The notes beneath the pieces were generated by a model. The model searched no databases and had not been told where the DNA came from. It saw nothing but the letters and a program-made list of their open reading frames with translations. Made by a program: the position numbers and the translations under genes. This document shows, one piece after another, positions 38,561 through 54,155 of a DNA stretch of 64,000 bases (position 1 is its first letter; each line of letters begins with the position of its first letter). The DNA lies in NCBI GenBank assembly GCA_030390025.1, contig CM059427.1:57722001-57786000 (forward strand). Direction: 5' to 3'. The DNA comes from Squalus acanthias. Taxonomy: Eukaryota.

Positions 38561-41500
38561 AACATGCTTTATCAAGCATGGTGTAAAATTCTAACCAAGT
38601 CCGTATGCATAGCCCAGGCCAGCTTGACTTATCTAAATATACTCAAAAGTGCGAAAGGCGTCCCTCACAGTTCCAATGTGCTGAATAAACTTTTCTCCTT
38701 GTCCTCACTTCAACCCGAAAATGTGACACTTTTCATAGCCACCTTCTGCAGCGGCACATCTACCTTACATTTCCTGGCATTTCAATAAAACCGTTAAACT
38801 CTCAAGTCCTCCCTTTCACTCTCAGACTTACAAAAACAGAAGAGTAAAAGACGTACACACATTCCCACAAATCGCTCTCTGCATATTTCTAATGCCAGTT
38901 ACAAATGGAATGCCAATTCAGGAAATGCACAGGATCCGATTCTGTGAATAAGCAGAACAAATTTCAACACTGTATGTGTGCAGAGTGCCAGTCAGGCCCT
39001 CAATGAGTTAACATATTCCACGTGAAAAAAGACCACACCACAAGCAACTTAAACTTCTTCCAGAGGAGAAAAAAAAAGCTTTATCTATTTCTACACCTTT
39101 AACCAGAAACTATTCAGTCAGCTCCCCCTCCCATTCCACGGTGTTGAAATCTATTCCGAGTCCTAGATGGAATTCAATGAGAAAACATCCTCACATTGCC
39201 TAAATATTTAGCAAACACTTTCACCTGCCGACTCCACGTGGAGAAGGAGGTAATTGTTCATCTGAGCACTATCTGTGTTTGAGGTGGATAAATTATGTTG
39301 TCACTGACTGAAATTAACAGCAATTCCTTCAGACAATTTCCCAATTTCCAATGCTAATTGCAATTTTACTTTTAAATATACTTGCACCTGTTTTCTCATT
39401 TGGTCAAGATATTTTAGGTACAAAGGTAGTGTAACTGAATATAATCAGCGTTTTTAATTAACTCTACTGAAGATGTGTAAAAAGAAGCAATTATATTGCA
39501 AATGAAAGAGTTTTTTGGCCTTAAATTATTTTATTTCACATTACCTAGAACACAAAGCAAAACTACAAGATTCCATTTTTAATTTGTAATTACTTTAGTA
39601 TAACCTTCCTGGGAATGAGTTACTCTTATTATAATTATTATTAATTAATCTTGCCTCATTACTAAATAAATGAAGTAATAATGTAAAAATTAATTAAAAC
39701 ATCAAAATACACATTAACTCACAAAAAAGGGTTTTGGCGGTCACAATTTAATTTGACTTCAGTATTCATTTCACACGGCAAAATTGTCTTCAAACTCAAT
39801 TTAAATGCCATTAAAGTAACGTAACGTTCTGCCCTTATTTTGAGGGCTGTGTTTTAACCCCTCCCTGAGCGCTACCAGCAAATCCAGTCACTTTTCACAA
39901 GCGCCATTTTTAACATAAACTATTAGGCACTTCATTGTCAATTCCATTCTCACCCCAATACTTTAAAACATTTCAATTGCAGCGATGATTATTCTCAAAG
40001 CTGTTAAATGACAAAAGTGATAGCATCAAGGGAATTCAACATTCAAAGGCCTCAGACAGTTTAAACAAACTTAGCCAGAGAGGATAACAGGAACGCAGAC
40101 ATTTTACTGCTTCATATAGGAAGGTGTAGAGATTAGACGCAGCTCAGAGAAAAGCTGCATCAAATATCAAGGACGCCAGACTAATGGCACTTAGAACTGA
40201 TTTTACAGCAGAGAGCCAACCCTTCCCAGACTGACAAGAAGGGATTCGACCTCTTTCAAAATCATCTTCATTCCAACGCCCATCCGTTAAAATATGCACT
40301 CCCTGTATGTCCCTTGATGGTTTGAGGCAGGAATGAGCCACAGGTTCCACTTTGTCAGCTTGTCAGGTCCCTTTAAGACATATTCACTGTCAAGGTTTTT
40401 TTATAATTAGAAAATAACACCAATGTAATTCCAGACAATTCCAATAAACATCGAGCTATTTCACAAAGACTCAACTACTTAACTGGATTCCTTAAGATTT
40501 TTTTTATTTCTTCACACAATAGTGACATTGCGCCATGTGGGAGAAAATGTAAAACCTTGTGGAAAGTACCACTAAGTCGATTCCAATTGGCTTCTGTGGA
40601 AATCATTTAGAAATCTTACAGAATTACTGGTTACAGAGCATATTCCAAAAATGAGTGATTTGTGCATGTACTGCAATGCCCTGTACACCTTTACACCTTT
40701 ACTGTGTAAATATTACTGTATATGAGTACGCTGAAGGAACCAAAACCATTCTTTCTGAGTGGCATTTTACTGCCGCGAATCAACATGGGTGTAGACAATG
40801 CACAAGGGCAGGCTATGGCGGATGCCTTGCTGACCTGAAGATGTTGGGGGTACACTACAGGTTATGCTACTGATTGGAAAGAAGGTTGCCACCAAGGAGA
40901 CACAAAGTGGGTACTTAGAATGAAGATGCACTGACATCAAGACACAGATTCTGTGTCATGAAAGTGTGCCAGAAAGAAATTAACAAAAAGTAAACTATTA
41001 AACATATAACATACAGACTAACAAACAGCTGGCAGTGAGTTTGAAGCTCTAATTCAAACAAGGAGTTTTGTTGGCTTTTATTAACCACTTGAATTTAGCT
41101 CTCCCAATTCATGATGTCATTCGAACCATCGGACTGAGCCTTGTAACTCACTGCCAGACATCTGGTATCTTTATATGCAGTTTACGTCAAGCTGAGGCTT
41201 TACGTTAGCAGAGGAGCTTAGCGTTTCGCAGGCACAGAGGGCACACTTTGAGGTGGGCAAACTGGAGTGTCGAGACATCCTACAGCTCAGCTGAAGTGTC
41301 TGCTACGCCAGGAGACACTCGACAGACAAAGCTGCCCTCCCATCCCAGGCCAGTAAAGTAAAATCAATGCGGCCAAACTCTTCCTTAGTTCAGAGTCGGT
41401 GCTACTCTGACACCTTTCCCCCTTTTCCTTGCCAGTCAAGTCCAGTCGACTACTGACAGTGCAAACGGCCTATCACTCCTGATGTTAAAATCTTAGCTCC

Positions 41501-44500
41501 AACCACCTCAGTGGAAGGGTGAGTTACCCACAGAGAAATACCCTGGAGCCAGACAGTATATCTGAACAGTTACTGTTAAAGAATGAACTGTTACCTGCTT
41601 GGCTTGGGACATGAATCCATTTGCCCACCACAGGGTACTGATAACTGGATCATAAGGCTACAAACACATCATCAGTGTCATGTTGCTCCTGTCCTGCTTG
41701 TAATCGGAGCTCGAATTCAATTTCAATCATTTGATCTAAACTGAATTTAATTTCCACCACCCCTCAAACCAAGGCAGGAGCTGTGATTGTATCTGTATCA
41801 GGTTACCTGTCCAAAATGTTCAACAGACAGAGTGGGGCTAGGGAGAATTGAGGATTCAAATCAGACTGCCACAACCTTGTTTAAGTACAAGTGCTTTGGG
41901 GGTGTCTGTACACCAGTGATGGAAGGAGGGCAATGCTCTTAAAATCAGATTTGACTGTTTGGCAAATTTTACGCTGTGGATTCATATGCTTGGGATTTAA
42001 CAGTATTGATTCCCTAGCTTTTAATACTTACAATCCTAAAATGCGTTTTACAAATCTAGACTTCTACACCTTCAGAGTTTGCTCAAACAGAATACAGTTG
42101 GGGGGGGGGGGGTAAAAAAGGTTTCTACTAAATGTAGTTTGCCTTTAACTAATCTGATTCAGAGGAAGTTTTGCACCCTGAAGCCCAGGCATCTCACTGT
42201 AATTTTCAAAACATTAAGTCCCTATTCTTTTCGGGGCCCAAAGCTAAATCCCTTTCTCCAAGGATAAGCCATCTTTTATAGAGAGTTAAACATTTTTATA
42301 TATTCCTGAAAAATAATCTCTGATGTTGATCTGCACACTGCCAGCATTTTGGTCTCAATCTAATACCAGTGACAAGTAAAAAGATATATTTTTGGATGTG
42401 GCTGTGTCTATGCATATGTATCTGTGTGTTTATATATAAGGTATCTGTGCCTGTGCGTGTATCTATATCTGCCTCTTCTCTAGGTGTGAGTGTCCATGTG
42501 CATGTGTTGGTGTATGTTGCTGTTTTCATCCTGTGCTCTGTTTTTTCTCTTCATGCTTCTTTCTTTTATAGTCTTGTTTCTTTCTCTCACTCCATAATTA
42601 AGAACTTCAAATCTCAACACCCCTCAGAAGCAAAAAGCAAGTAAATAAGGTAATTTAACAAGGACCCTCCTGAAGAGTAGATCAGTCTTGGCTGGAGTGT
42701 CAAATGTAGCATGAACTATTCTTTTTATTCTCAGTAGATGAATTCACTTCAGCTGATCTGTAGCTTCACATGGATGGCAAACGATCTCAAATTTTGGACA
42801 ACTTTCAAACTGGGGTGGGGGAAGCATTTGAACTCGAAGGGGACATGCAAGTGTCATGTCTTCTCTGGGGAGGCTCACAATTACGTAATGTCGTGGAAAC
42901 TATGACAACTGTCGCTGTCACGACTTAACGTGACGCCACCAATCTTTTCATAACTGGTGTGGCTTTTGATTTTTGACAGGGAACAAAGTACCTGCTCCTG
43001 GGGGTTTACGCTGGCTGTGGCTCCCTGCAAATTCGCACCCTGACCTGCCGTGCATTCTTTCCAGCCGAGAGACGCTTCCCATGACTACCTCTGCGGAGAG
43101 CCCCCCACAATTAAATCTCACAGCAAACACTTTTTTTAAAAAAAACAACCTGAGGAGTGGACTATAACTCTGTCTCTCACATACACACAAAAAACAAACC
43201 TTCAGGTTGTAGAGTCTAGTTGCAGAGCGCCTTGTCTGCACCTTGGAAAAAAAAGGTCTCAAAGCACAGATAGGAATAAACAGAGCATTAAATCAAGTAA
43301 AACTGTGACAAGGCCCATATATGCGTGGACAATGCCAGTGAGGCATCTCCAATCTTTTGTTCACAGCTTAACAAAACTCTCTGGTCACACCACTTTAGCT
43401 CAACACTGCCTGTCGAAAAGGCATCAATAGATGCCCAGTGCCTGTCAAATGCAAAGCTGAAGAAAAGTGTTTCAAAGAATGTTTAACTTATAAGGTGAAC
43501 CTTTATTACTTGAATAGAGATAGGACAGACATTTTTCAGCCATTGGGCTGCCCGGGCGGTATCAAAGAACCATTCAGAAACTGAGGGGGTCCGCACATTT
43601 ATTTCTTCACAAGGCACCCAAAACTTTCCATTGTGTCTCGACAGAGGATCGATGGCTGCTGTTTATTTCCTTTGAAACGCAGTGGACACCTTAGGATGTT
43701 CTTTTATTTACTTTTTCATTGACGGTGTAGTTTTTTTAAACAGTGTGTTTTTAGTTCTCGGCACTCACACGAAGCAATTTTACACTGTTTCCCCCACCCC
43801 ATTTTACTTCACGTTGAATGGAGTGTATTTGCACCAACAAGCTTTTTTTTTTGTTCAAACAACTTTTGCTAAAGAACTATTTGAGTTTGACCGGGGCTCT
43901 CTCCTGCTCGTCAGAAACCCCCACCGATTACCAACCTGGTGGGCTATCAAAGGAAGCAAATACTTCCACAAAAAAAAAAATTTTTTTTACGGTTTCTCGC
44001 ATAAAACCAGAAGTGCCAACATTTCGCAAGTCCCCACTTTAACTTTAGAACTGACTACTTTTTTTTGACAAAGTCCTTTCCTTTTTTTGTGCCACTAGAT
44101 TGCTATGTTTTGGCTTCAACTCCTTCACCCTCGCACCCACCCCCACCCCCAAAAGAAATAAAATCACACAACAGCACACTAGCACTGATGGAGTGCCTTG
44201 CGTCGCTGCTGACCTGCACCGTTAGGGCTGATCTTTTTTTTCCACAGAAGCCGAGAAGCTTTGTCTCTTTCACCCTGCTGCTGTCAATTCGCTGCCTATG
44301 TGCTGTCTCTTTCCCAGTCCCAACCCTGTCAGTTTCTGGGCTGCCAATTTCAACTTGAAGCTTGACTGGGCTGATTTGATGTAAATACCTCGAGGGAGAA
44401 CCTTGAAACTGATGAACAGTTATGTCAAGTCGATTTTGCACTGTCGGGAAAAGGTAACCTCTGCACAAAAAACAACAAGGTTAAAGAGATGGGGGCTTTG

Positions 44501-44797
44501 CACGTGGATTACGCTTCTCATACACCACGCTGTTTACCATCCCTTGGAAATTGTAACTGTCAGTATAAGTCCTAATTGCGGATGCAAAACCTGCCATTAT
44601 AATAAAAACGGAGGCAGTGCAGACATTAAGTGTTACAGCCTAATTTGTGAGACTACTGAAAAGGTAGCGCAGATGAATATTTCATTACATTAATTACTGA
44701 AGACAACTCCTTCCTGCCAGCCACAGATGTGTGTGTACTGTAGCTAGCAACAGCCACTGCTTAACACAACATGCAACAACTCCCCCCATACATGTAC

Positions 44798-44833
<36 letters not shown>

Positions 44834-45279
44834 TCAAGTTTCAAAGGTGTTGGAGGGCGGGAGGGGTAAGTGCATGCTGCATATTGTTATGGCAAGTCCA
44901 AATGTGCTCTCTGTATAAATGTCAAGGAGTGTTTTTTTCCGAACCAAATGTAAGGGGGGCTTGACACTCTGACTAATCTGCTGAAAGCAAATTCTGCTGG
45001 ATTAGCGGGGCTGCTGGATACTAGAGTCGGGGTATAGAAAATGGTACAAAGGTTGGATTCAGTTTAGTTCAAGAGTCGTTAAGTTGACAAGGGCCATCTG
45101 AACTAGTCTTCTCTGCGCTGCCTTTTTTTGTTGTTGTTTGTTCCTACAACAAATAAGACTCCTTATTCAGGTAAACTTCTCTTACCCTTCCCAAACCAAT
45201 CTTTAGTTTGAAGGGTTCCTGTGTAGCAAAAGCCTGGATTCCAGTTGTGTTACCTCTTTGTGACCAGTTACTTCAGTGT

Positions 45280-45570
45280 GTGTTTGACTAATAAACAAGC
45301 CCAATCAATTAAAAAGTTTTTTTTTTAATCTATCAAATGAAAGGAAATTTGAAAGACAATGACTGCCTCATAAAGGGGACATCCTTGTGACACGTGAATT
45401 GTTCAAACTATCCAATCATTCCCAGCAAGAAAACTGTGAGGAATGTCTTGGGAATTGCTCTGTGCCAAGACTTGGGCTCCCTTTAAAGAGAAGGCCTTGC
45501 TACAAAGGTGGCCATTATTGGGCGCTGGTCATTTTACAGTGGCCTGTATAATGGAAGCTTTCATCGAAAA
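45280..45570. promoter_or_regulatory. Candidate intronic enhancer/CNE
   Basis: SOX-like ACAATG and ACAAAGG, E-box CACGTG, TEAD CATTCC/GGAATG, TGGGAA and homeobox cores. Confidence 0.45.
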
Positions 45571-46837
45571 GCACAACGAACAAATGAAGAGTTAAAAACA
45601 AAAAAGGACCAGGACTGCATCAAAAACACTTTTTTTTAACGGGAAGGAAAGAGCAGCCAGCTTTATTTAAATCATCACAAACACGGACACTTTGAAGATG
45701 GGATGCTCTATTGAACTTCACCGGTGCGCGTACAGCCGCAGGTGGGTATATCCCCAGATTAAAGGGGCACATGTGCCCAGGCTGTTTATTGCATAAGTGG
45801 CTGCTGCTATCTCCGACTACAGTCAGGCCTCTGCAATCACGGGGCCGTTTACATGTAAACTTTCAACTGCAGGTAGGGGCACAGAGGGGCTCAGAAGGGC
45901 AGAAGCTAATCTTTCTTTGCATTTAACACTTATTCTCTGAGGAAGTGCTGGTCAACACCACAGCTTAACAGCACAGAATGTTGTGACCAGATGCACTTAA
46001 AAGAATTTATTGAACAGTTAGCCTTTAGCTTTCTCGTGCATTATATTATCATCATTCATTTTATTTTAAAGTATATATAAAGGCTCTTCACAACTTTTTT
46101 TTGATCTTGCTGGCATGCAGTCACTTGTGAAGCATATCCCTTATGTTTTACTTGCATATTAGGATTGAAATGAAATTTCATCACAGTTTAGGGAGGTCCA
46201 GTCAACCAGGTTTTTTAAAAAAAAACAAGTTTGATTCCCGACACAGTGATTTTCTCATCTCATCTGTGTTGTTCCAGGGAGGCATCCAGTGGCATCAAGA
46301 TACTTCCCCGAGGGAGTGAGGAAAGGACAGCATTGGAGCCACCCTGTGTCACAACTTCATGCCTCTTCAATGGTCACTACAATAAGAGGTGTCTGAGGAC
46401 AGAATACCTAGCACCCTGGTCATAGCCCTGGTACATGTTTTAGTTAGTGGGAGGAAGGGGAAGCAAGGTGATGGGAGTGAAACTTACCGAAGAGGGGGAA
46501 AAAAAAAATTAAAAAAAATAAAAACCGTTTTAAAACGAAGTTTAGATCGGAGTTAATGAAGTATCGAAATTCATGGTAATAAATAAATAAATGGCTTGGA
46601 TTCTAGATGTCATGATATCTTAATCTGCCGATCTGCTATTGATTGTTCACTCTGCCAGTGACCTTGCCAGAAGTGCTCTTCCACCTAACAATCAAATACA
46701 CAGTGCCGTATGTCACCATTATAGCTCAAAACTAGTGTTTCACTACAGAGCCCTGGGCAGGAGATAGCAGCAGCAGCTCGTGCACTCGCAGCACTTGTTC
46801 TGTCAATTTCCATTTTTCATCCAAAATAGTTTTGCCA

Positions 46838-47010
46838 ACTATATATACATCTATATACACACATATATATATATATACACATACATGTATACACATCTAT
46901 ACACATTCACACACACATATCTATATACACATATAAGTATATATACACATAGACACATATATACACATACACATATTCACACACACATATGTATATATGT
47001 AAAGTGTGTG
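46838..47010. repeat. (AT/AC)n microsatellite
   Basis: ATATACAC-type repeats. Confidence 0.9.
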
Positions 47011-50000
47011 TTTCTTTCTCCAATCGCGTGGTTGGATTCAATACTACATCTCCTTTTCTGTTAGTATTTGGAATATGCTATTTTATAGTTATCTGTTTAT
47101 TTTTTCAGTAACTGTTCCCTCTGGTTCCGGGAATGTGTTGGAAAACGCCTTGTACAAGCTGTCACTTTATGGAAATGATCGCTCTTCAGTAATTTTATGC
47201 ACTGGATGATATTACACATTTGCTAAAGCCCTTGTCCTGTCCACACAATATCCAGCAGTGGCATTTCCTCCCTTTGATTTGGCAGTACTTTCTGTCGGGT
47301 GGTCTGCAACACGCTTATTTCGAAAGGTCTGGCAGCGTTCCTCATATATTGCTACCTTTTCGAAATTAGTTTCTGCTTTTGCTCCTTTCCGATTCCGATT
47401 TATCTTTACCTTGCCCGCTGGCAAGTCACTTTGCCCTGTTGTGAGCTTCCTCACACCGCACTACATGCTGTTCTTGTGACCCTCCTCCAAGGGGACAGGT
47501 AAGTGACCTGATCCAAGGTCTCTGCACCTGGCACTTGGAACAAGCCACTGGGAGATGTGCAAGGGCGGCGCAGCCTGTCTAACCCTCCCGATTGCTTAAA
47601 GTCGATTACATATCCCGGGGAACCTCTCCCATTCGCCCATCACCAACTCCTGGGACAATCCGCCTCAGATCAGAACAGACTAAATGATCTTCCACTCCAT
47701 GGCGCGGTGACCCTTAACCAGCACACTGCTCCACTGAGGTCGGAGCCAGACTAACTTTAGTTTCATAATCTATTGATTTCAAATGTCCACTGAAAATGTA
47801 TTAACACCCCCAGCAATCCCTGCAGGAACCGCGCGATGCTTGTAATGAAGCTGTTCACTTTCAACTCCTTTCATGTCTTTGTAATCTGATTTTAAAGAGG
47901 AGATGGGCAGTTCAGCAGAGTGGTATATCACCTTAGAGGGAAGTTGATCTGTATCATCCAATCATCAGACGCTGTGGCAAGGGAGCTCGCAGTTTACCAC
48001 CGGCTCTAACAACATAGCAAACACCTTTCGTGTTCGCACTTTTCTCGTGCCCTTACTTTTTTTCACACTGCCAAGCTGCTCCAGCACTGACACATACTCA
48101 TTTAACTCACTAAGTTCCACAAATAAAAGTTCACAAATGACATTTTATTTCAAGAGTAAAAAAAACACCTCTGAACCATTTCCCCCCCCACCCCCCCCCC
48201 CCCCACACACCCCTCTGGTGGGTTCTGTGGGCGTTGGTGCCAAGATTGTCAGCTCACAAGCCCCGACAAAGCGTCCCCAAAGGGTTAAATCGCCTGTAAG
48301 CGCCTTTGCAGAGGTCCGACATCACGTACGCCTGGTAAAGAATTATCCCAGCACCCCGCCTCGCACACAAAGCTTCTTTTTTTGCAATCAGCTTGCTACT
48401 TCCAAACCCCCAACCCACCACCAGCACCACCACCCACCGCCCAAGTGTCCAAAGGTGTTGGTTGAAGTAAATCTGGCGAACTCCGCAGCCGTTGGAAAGG
48501 GTGGAGGGAGAAGAGAGAAACAGGAAAGCAGGGGTAATATAAGATGTAGTTCTTCCCCCTACCCCACCCCAGAGTTCCCAAAGCCTTCCAAACATAAATC
48601 AGATATATCCTCGACACTTTTGTTTCGTTAAAACCATACGCCGCCCTCTGAAACTATTTCAAAACTAAAACCAGCATTTTGGAAATTGTTTCAGCCCTTT
48701 AGACAGAGACCCAGCTAAATAATGCGTGACGGACAGTTCCCTGAAAGTCGTGGTTTGTTTTTAAGCAGAGTAATTTAATTCTGCCCTACCCCTGGTTTGG
48801 AAAATGACATTCTTGTAAATTTCACTAAGTCCAGCCCAGCCCACTAATTGTTGCTAATTGTCCTTATTGTCTCGGCCCAAAACGTATGGTTGGCTGCCTG
48901 TGAATTTCGTGAAGGTTAATTTCGATCGGAAAAGGACGCACTTTTTTTTAAGATTCGAAGATAAAGGTGGTCACTGAACTACAGCTGTCAACTTCACTGA
49001 CTAAGTGGCTGTAAAATACCTTGAACTTCGTGACATGGCAGGGCTAGCTATAGCGGAATGTCGTGTCAGCTCGATTTGTGTTAGCTGAATTATTATTTTT
49101 ATTTTTTTTTAAAAAAAACGATCGAAAATTTATTTGAGCTATTGAAACTAAACTGAAACTAAAATAGAAATCGGAAGAATATTCCTTTCATGCCTGGGGA
49201 AGTAAAAAATAAATCTAGATTCTGTCACTCATTATTATTGCTGAACTGTGTGGTGCGGTACGGTACAACAACAACAACAACAAAAATGTTGTATAGCAAA
49301 CGTTTTCAGGATGTACACCTGACCTCAGACACGGCAGACTCGGGAGTAGAATGTGATCCTCTTTAGACAGTTCTGCTCAAGTGTTGCAGCGAGTGGCCAC
49401 GAATAGTACAGGCATGCCATCCTGAAACATTATCTGTCTGTCAAACAGGCCAAGGCTACACGGACAGGGGAGAGTGCTCGCCATGTAAGGCTGTAACCAG
49501 GGGAAGCCCAGTTAGCTTTCACAAACACCTAAGCTATTTTCCTCGACACCAAACCCTCCCCTCCTTTCTCTCTCTCTCTCTCTTTCTCCCTCTCTCTCTC
49601 TCTTTCCCTCTCACTCTTCTTTTCATCTTGTTCTTGATGCCGAATGCAANNNNNNNNNNNNNNNNNNNNNNNNNNNNNNNNNNNNNNNNNNNNNNNNNNN
49701 NNNNNNNNNNNNNNNNNNNNNNNNNNNNNNNNNNNNNNNNNNNNNNNNNNNNNNNNNNNNNNNNNNNNNNNNNNNNNNNNNNNNNNGAGTGAAAGTGAAA
49801 TCATACCTAAGGCATTCAAAAGACCGCAGTGTCAGAGTTCAGCTAACGGTGCCTCTGCTGTGCATATTTTCCCGTTAGGAAGAACTCTCAGACAACAAAA
49901 TAAATAACACTTCTCACAACAACATGCATATGCACACTTCTTCTAAATTTCAAAGTTGTTTTTAAATACATGTTAAACATTACACTTTCTTCTAGCCTTC

Positions 50001-53000
50001 CATATGATTGATTCATATATTGTTACTAAATATATATTTCTTATTTTGTTTTAAAAATCCTATTTAGTTTTTCAACTGATCCTGCATGCATCTGCTCAAA
50101 CATCAGCAATTAAGTGTCGGAAGATCTTTATTAATTACGTTACACGCTTAAAGCAAAGAATCCTTTTTTTCAACAGTAATGCCACAGCAGCCAGCTGATT
50201 CAATCCCTCTCCCCACCCCCTCCCCACAATTTTTTTTTAAACAGGCTAAAGAAGCCGACTAAAAGCCCATCAGAAAAGGTGTCTGTTTTAGACGCACAGA
50301 CAATTGCACCCTTGTGGGATTGTGGACTGAATAGTACAGTGGACACCCTAGCACTATTGACGTTATAAACATTAGTCCTGACAATCAATTGTCTGTGATC
50401 ACTGCAAACCCGCTCTCTCTCTCTCTCTCTCTCTGTGCTTTGATGACAAGCGCAAAATAGTATGTACCTTGGGAAGCCGCTTTCTTGGAAATGATACAAG
50501 GAGCGAAAAAAAATATATACACAAGCTTTAAAGAAAAAATCCAGAAAGCTTTCTCTTCTTTCTCCTTTAGTGAAAGTGCACCTACAATGCCAGGACTAAT
50601 GACAACGGGCTAAAATGTTTGAACTGGAAGAATCTGCCTTTGTTAAGTCTTGAAAGCAATGTTGCTATAAATGAATTACTGCCTGTCTTTTTACCTTCAG
50701 CATGAATGCAGAGACAAAACTCTGCTCGCAGCATCTGGTCCTTTACCCTTAACCCATTCCTCCAATGTACCTTTATTGACAATGATCAATATATCCTAAC
50801 AGAAGGGAAAGATTCTTTACTAATGTGTTTACTGCCGATGATGGATAGCTACTGGTCTGAGGTAAGTAGAGGGGGCGGGGGAATAAATCTTCACAATCCT
50901 AATGAGTGATTTTTACTACCTGAAAAAAATAAGCTGGACGGTTGCTTGTTATTATACCCACTTTGCACTTTTATTATACATAATTTAAAATTTTATATAT
51001 ATTATCAAAGCCAATCCCCTCACATTTGCTCACCAGGCTAGCTGCAAATGGCAACCAAGTGTAGCTTTTACAGTTAGCTGTTACTTGCAACACCTGATGA
51101 AAGTATTGCAACAGTGTTTGGGCGCTGCTGGTAAAGGTTTATAAGGCTCCACGAGTGATGTTTATTTTCCTGTTGTCTGCAAAGACTTCTTTTTCTTCTC
51201 TCTCACCCTCTCTCTTTCTCGTGTTATTTTCGATGTTAAGTTTTTTTTGTTGAAGTTGGGCGGACTCACGAACCTGGACTGAGACATACACTGGGTCAGT
51301 CGACCATGATGATAGGCTCACTGTTTAACGTCGCTCAACAGAAACAGCAGTGTCGGCCCACAACAGTTAATCCCATGATAGTTTTATTTTTCCTCTCTCC
51401 CTCTTCAAAAGCAAGAAAGCGCTCGATAGATATTTAACAGTTAGATTGCACCGGATTCGGTAGATTTTTTTTAAAATGCACTTGCTTCCCTAAATGAGGT
51501 TTCTCAAATCCGCACACCTCGCGCAATTCAAGCCTACTTCAAAAACAATATCCAAACTTTTGTTCGAAGCATTTCTCGAGATGCAAGTTCATTTCCTTTC
51601 TCCGAGACAGATACTGATCAACTTTAGCAGTTTTAAAGCTTTCGTAGAAGTGACTGGAGTGATCAGATCGACTGATGGGACACCAACATAAATAAATAAA
51701 ACGACCATAAGCTTATGTGGGTGGTGAAACAGGCAACCCTACTTAATCATTAAACATTGCGGGCACTATTTCTGCAATGGACAAAGGGCAGAACGTTAGC
51801 ATTGCCATGAACAGGACCTGTGTGTGTTGGGGTGGTGGGATGAGTGTGGGGGGTGGTGAGGGGTGGGGGGGGGTGGGGGAACTATAACAACATCTCAGTG
51901 CAAAGGGTTAACCAAAACAACAACAAAAAAGACACTTTTTTCACTGAGCAAACAGACCCTGAACAGCGGTAACGCGGCTACCAGTTGCGAAATTGCTACA
52001 TGCACATCAATTTCACTTGCTAAAAAGAAGTTTGATTTCTTTTGATCTAACTGGAAATCAAAGTTACCCAAAGTATAAATTATTAAGTAAGCGCAGGTCT
52101 CCCGAGTCCTGAAACAAAACACTTAAAGTAAAAGTGTTTCAAAGTTACAGATGAGTCAGTAATCATCTGACTTGGGTTGTGACTGAAACTGACACTGCCT
52201 TTTGTTCGATTTTTTTCTCTCTCTTGGCATTTTTCACTCCCCTCCTGCCCGATCACATACAGTTACTCGCAGTCCAGCATCTCCCCCACCTCCCCCCTTC
52301 TTTTTTTTCCTGCAATACATATCGCCCTGATAACATCTTCAAATGCTGCTATCAGCGGATGCACAAGCAAGGAGCTGACATCTTTTCCATGACTCCAGGA
52401 GGGGAGGAGGGGGCGGGGGGGGAGAGAGAGAGAGAGAAGATAAAAAAAACCTTCTCGTGCAGTCAGTTATGATAAATGCAGACGATTCCCCCGGGGAAAG
52501 GCATTTGGATGTGTGCATGACACGGGAGAAAATGTAAAGCGCTTTTACCTGCAGCCCCCAACTACCGATCAGAACAGAAAAAAGGGGGGGCTGTGGATTA
52601 AAGTGTAAAATAAACCCACCATATCTTTAGAATAACCCGAAAACAAGGCACTCAAGACAACTTGAAGTCACGTTAGAGATCCAGCCACTGATCTTCAAGG
52701 CAAGTTGGTTTAGAAAGGATCCCTACCTTATTTGCCTTTTCCTATCATTGCTCTCTAATCTCGTGTTCCCATGTTTCGTGAACTAACAAACACACGTACA
52801 CACAAATAGGGGAAGAAGATTTTTTTTTTAAAAAACCCAATCTGGTTAATCTCTTAACACTAGCAACGTGCTTTTGGAATACTTGGAAAGGAAAAGGAAA
52901 AAGAAAAGGAATCAGCCTCAAGCATTGATACAACAACAAAAAAAGGAGAAAATCAATAACTTTAATCTGCTAAAGGAGGAAAAGGCAGACTGCGTGCAGG

Positions 53001-53903
53001 AGGCAAGGTAACATTCACACACACACACACACACCGTCTCCTCGTCCAGTCGCTATGGACTGTACTTTAAATAGAAACTCGCGATTCCTCTCCCCCCTTT
53101 TTCTGCTATTGTCACGGACACTTTATTTATCGATGGAGCCAAACATATCAAGCAAGGTGGGGAGGGGGGGGGGGGGGGGGCAACGACACACAAGATGAAA
53201 TGAATGTTACACAAAATGTCGAGCTGGCGGCACAACATTTGAGCCTGTGCGAGGTGAAAGCATAAACGCATCGACAGAGCCTGATCCCGAATCACACACA
53301 CACACACAAGCTTTAAATATTGTGAGGGGCGACAAACACACAGACTACACACACACGACACACACACACACACAATCTAGGTACCAAGAAGAGAAACGTT
53401 TTTATTCTGATTCCGTTATCACCCCTCCCCTCCCTTTCCCCGCACCACACATCAACACAACAAATTATAAAGAAACAAGAGACACAGAGAGAGAGAGAGA
53501 GAGAGCTGCTGCTTTCAAAAACAGTCTGATCGGCTTTTGTTTCCTTATTTGTGGTCTAGAAAATCTTTTTAAAAAGTTACAGTGATCCTTGAAAGGAGAG
53601 AGAGAGAGAAAACGGATCGGGCGGAAAGTATTAAAACATTTAACAAATATATATAAGGTGTGTTCCGTTAGACTCAAGTGCTGCCAAAGTCTGACACGTC
53701 GTTTTTTATATATCGAAAGAGTTCAGATAAATAAACCATCGCTTGGAAAACAAACAAAAGAGGCACATAACGGTTTTCTCCTGTAGGCAAATCAAGGTAT
53801 TGGAGAGAGAGAGGGAGAGGGGACGGGAGTAACTTTCACACAACATACATCTAGCACTTTCACTGGGGGAGGGGGGCTTTCTCGTTTCCAGTCAATCAAC
53901 ATT

Positions 53904-53934
<31 letters not shown>

Positions 53935-53945
53935 ACCCGCTGCTA

Positions 53946-54155
<210 letters not shown>

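Noticed and set aside
11281-45551. 15-mer CAGTGGCCTGTATAA shared by two CNE-like blocks (11281 and 45537)
   Set aside because: A few 15-mer matches are expected by chance in 64 kb.
48047-48631. 194-aa Pro-rich ORF, and similar ORFs at 16598-17032, 34158-34559 and 53965-54342
   Set aside because: No recognisable domains, low-complexity or GC-driven, and antisense to ZEB2.
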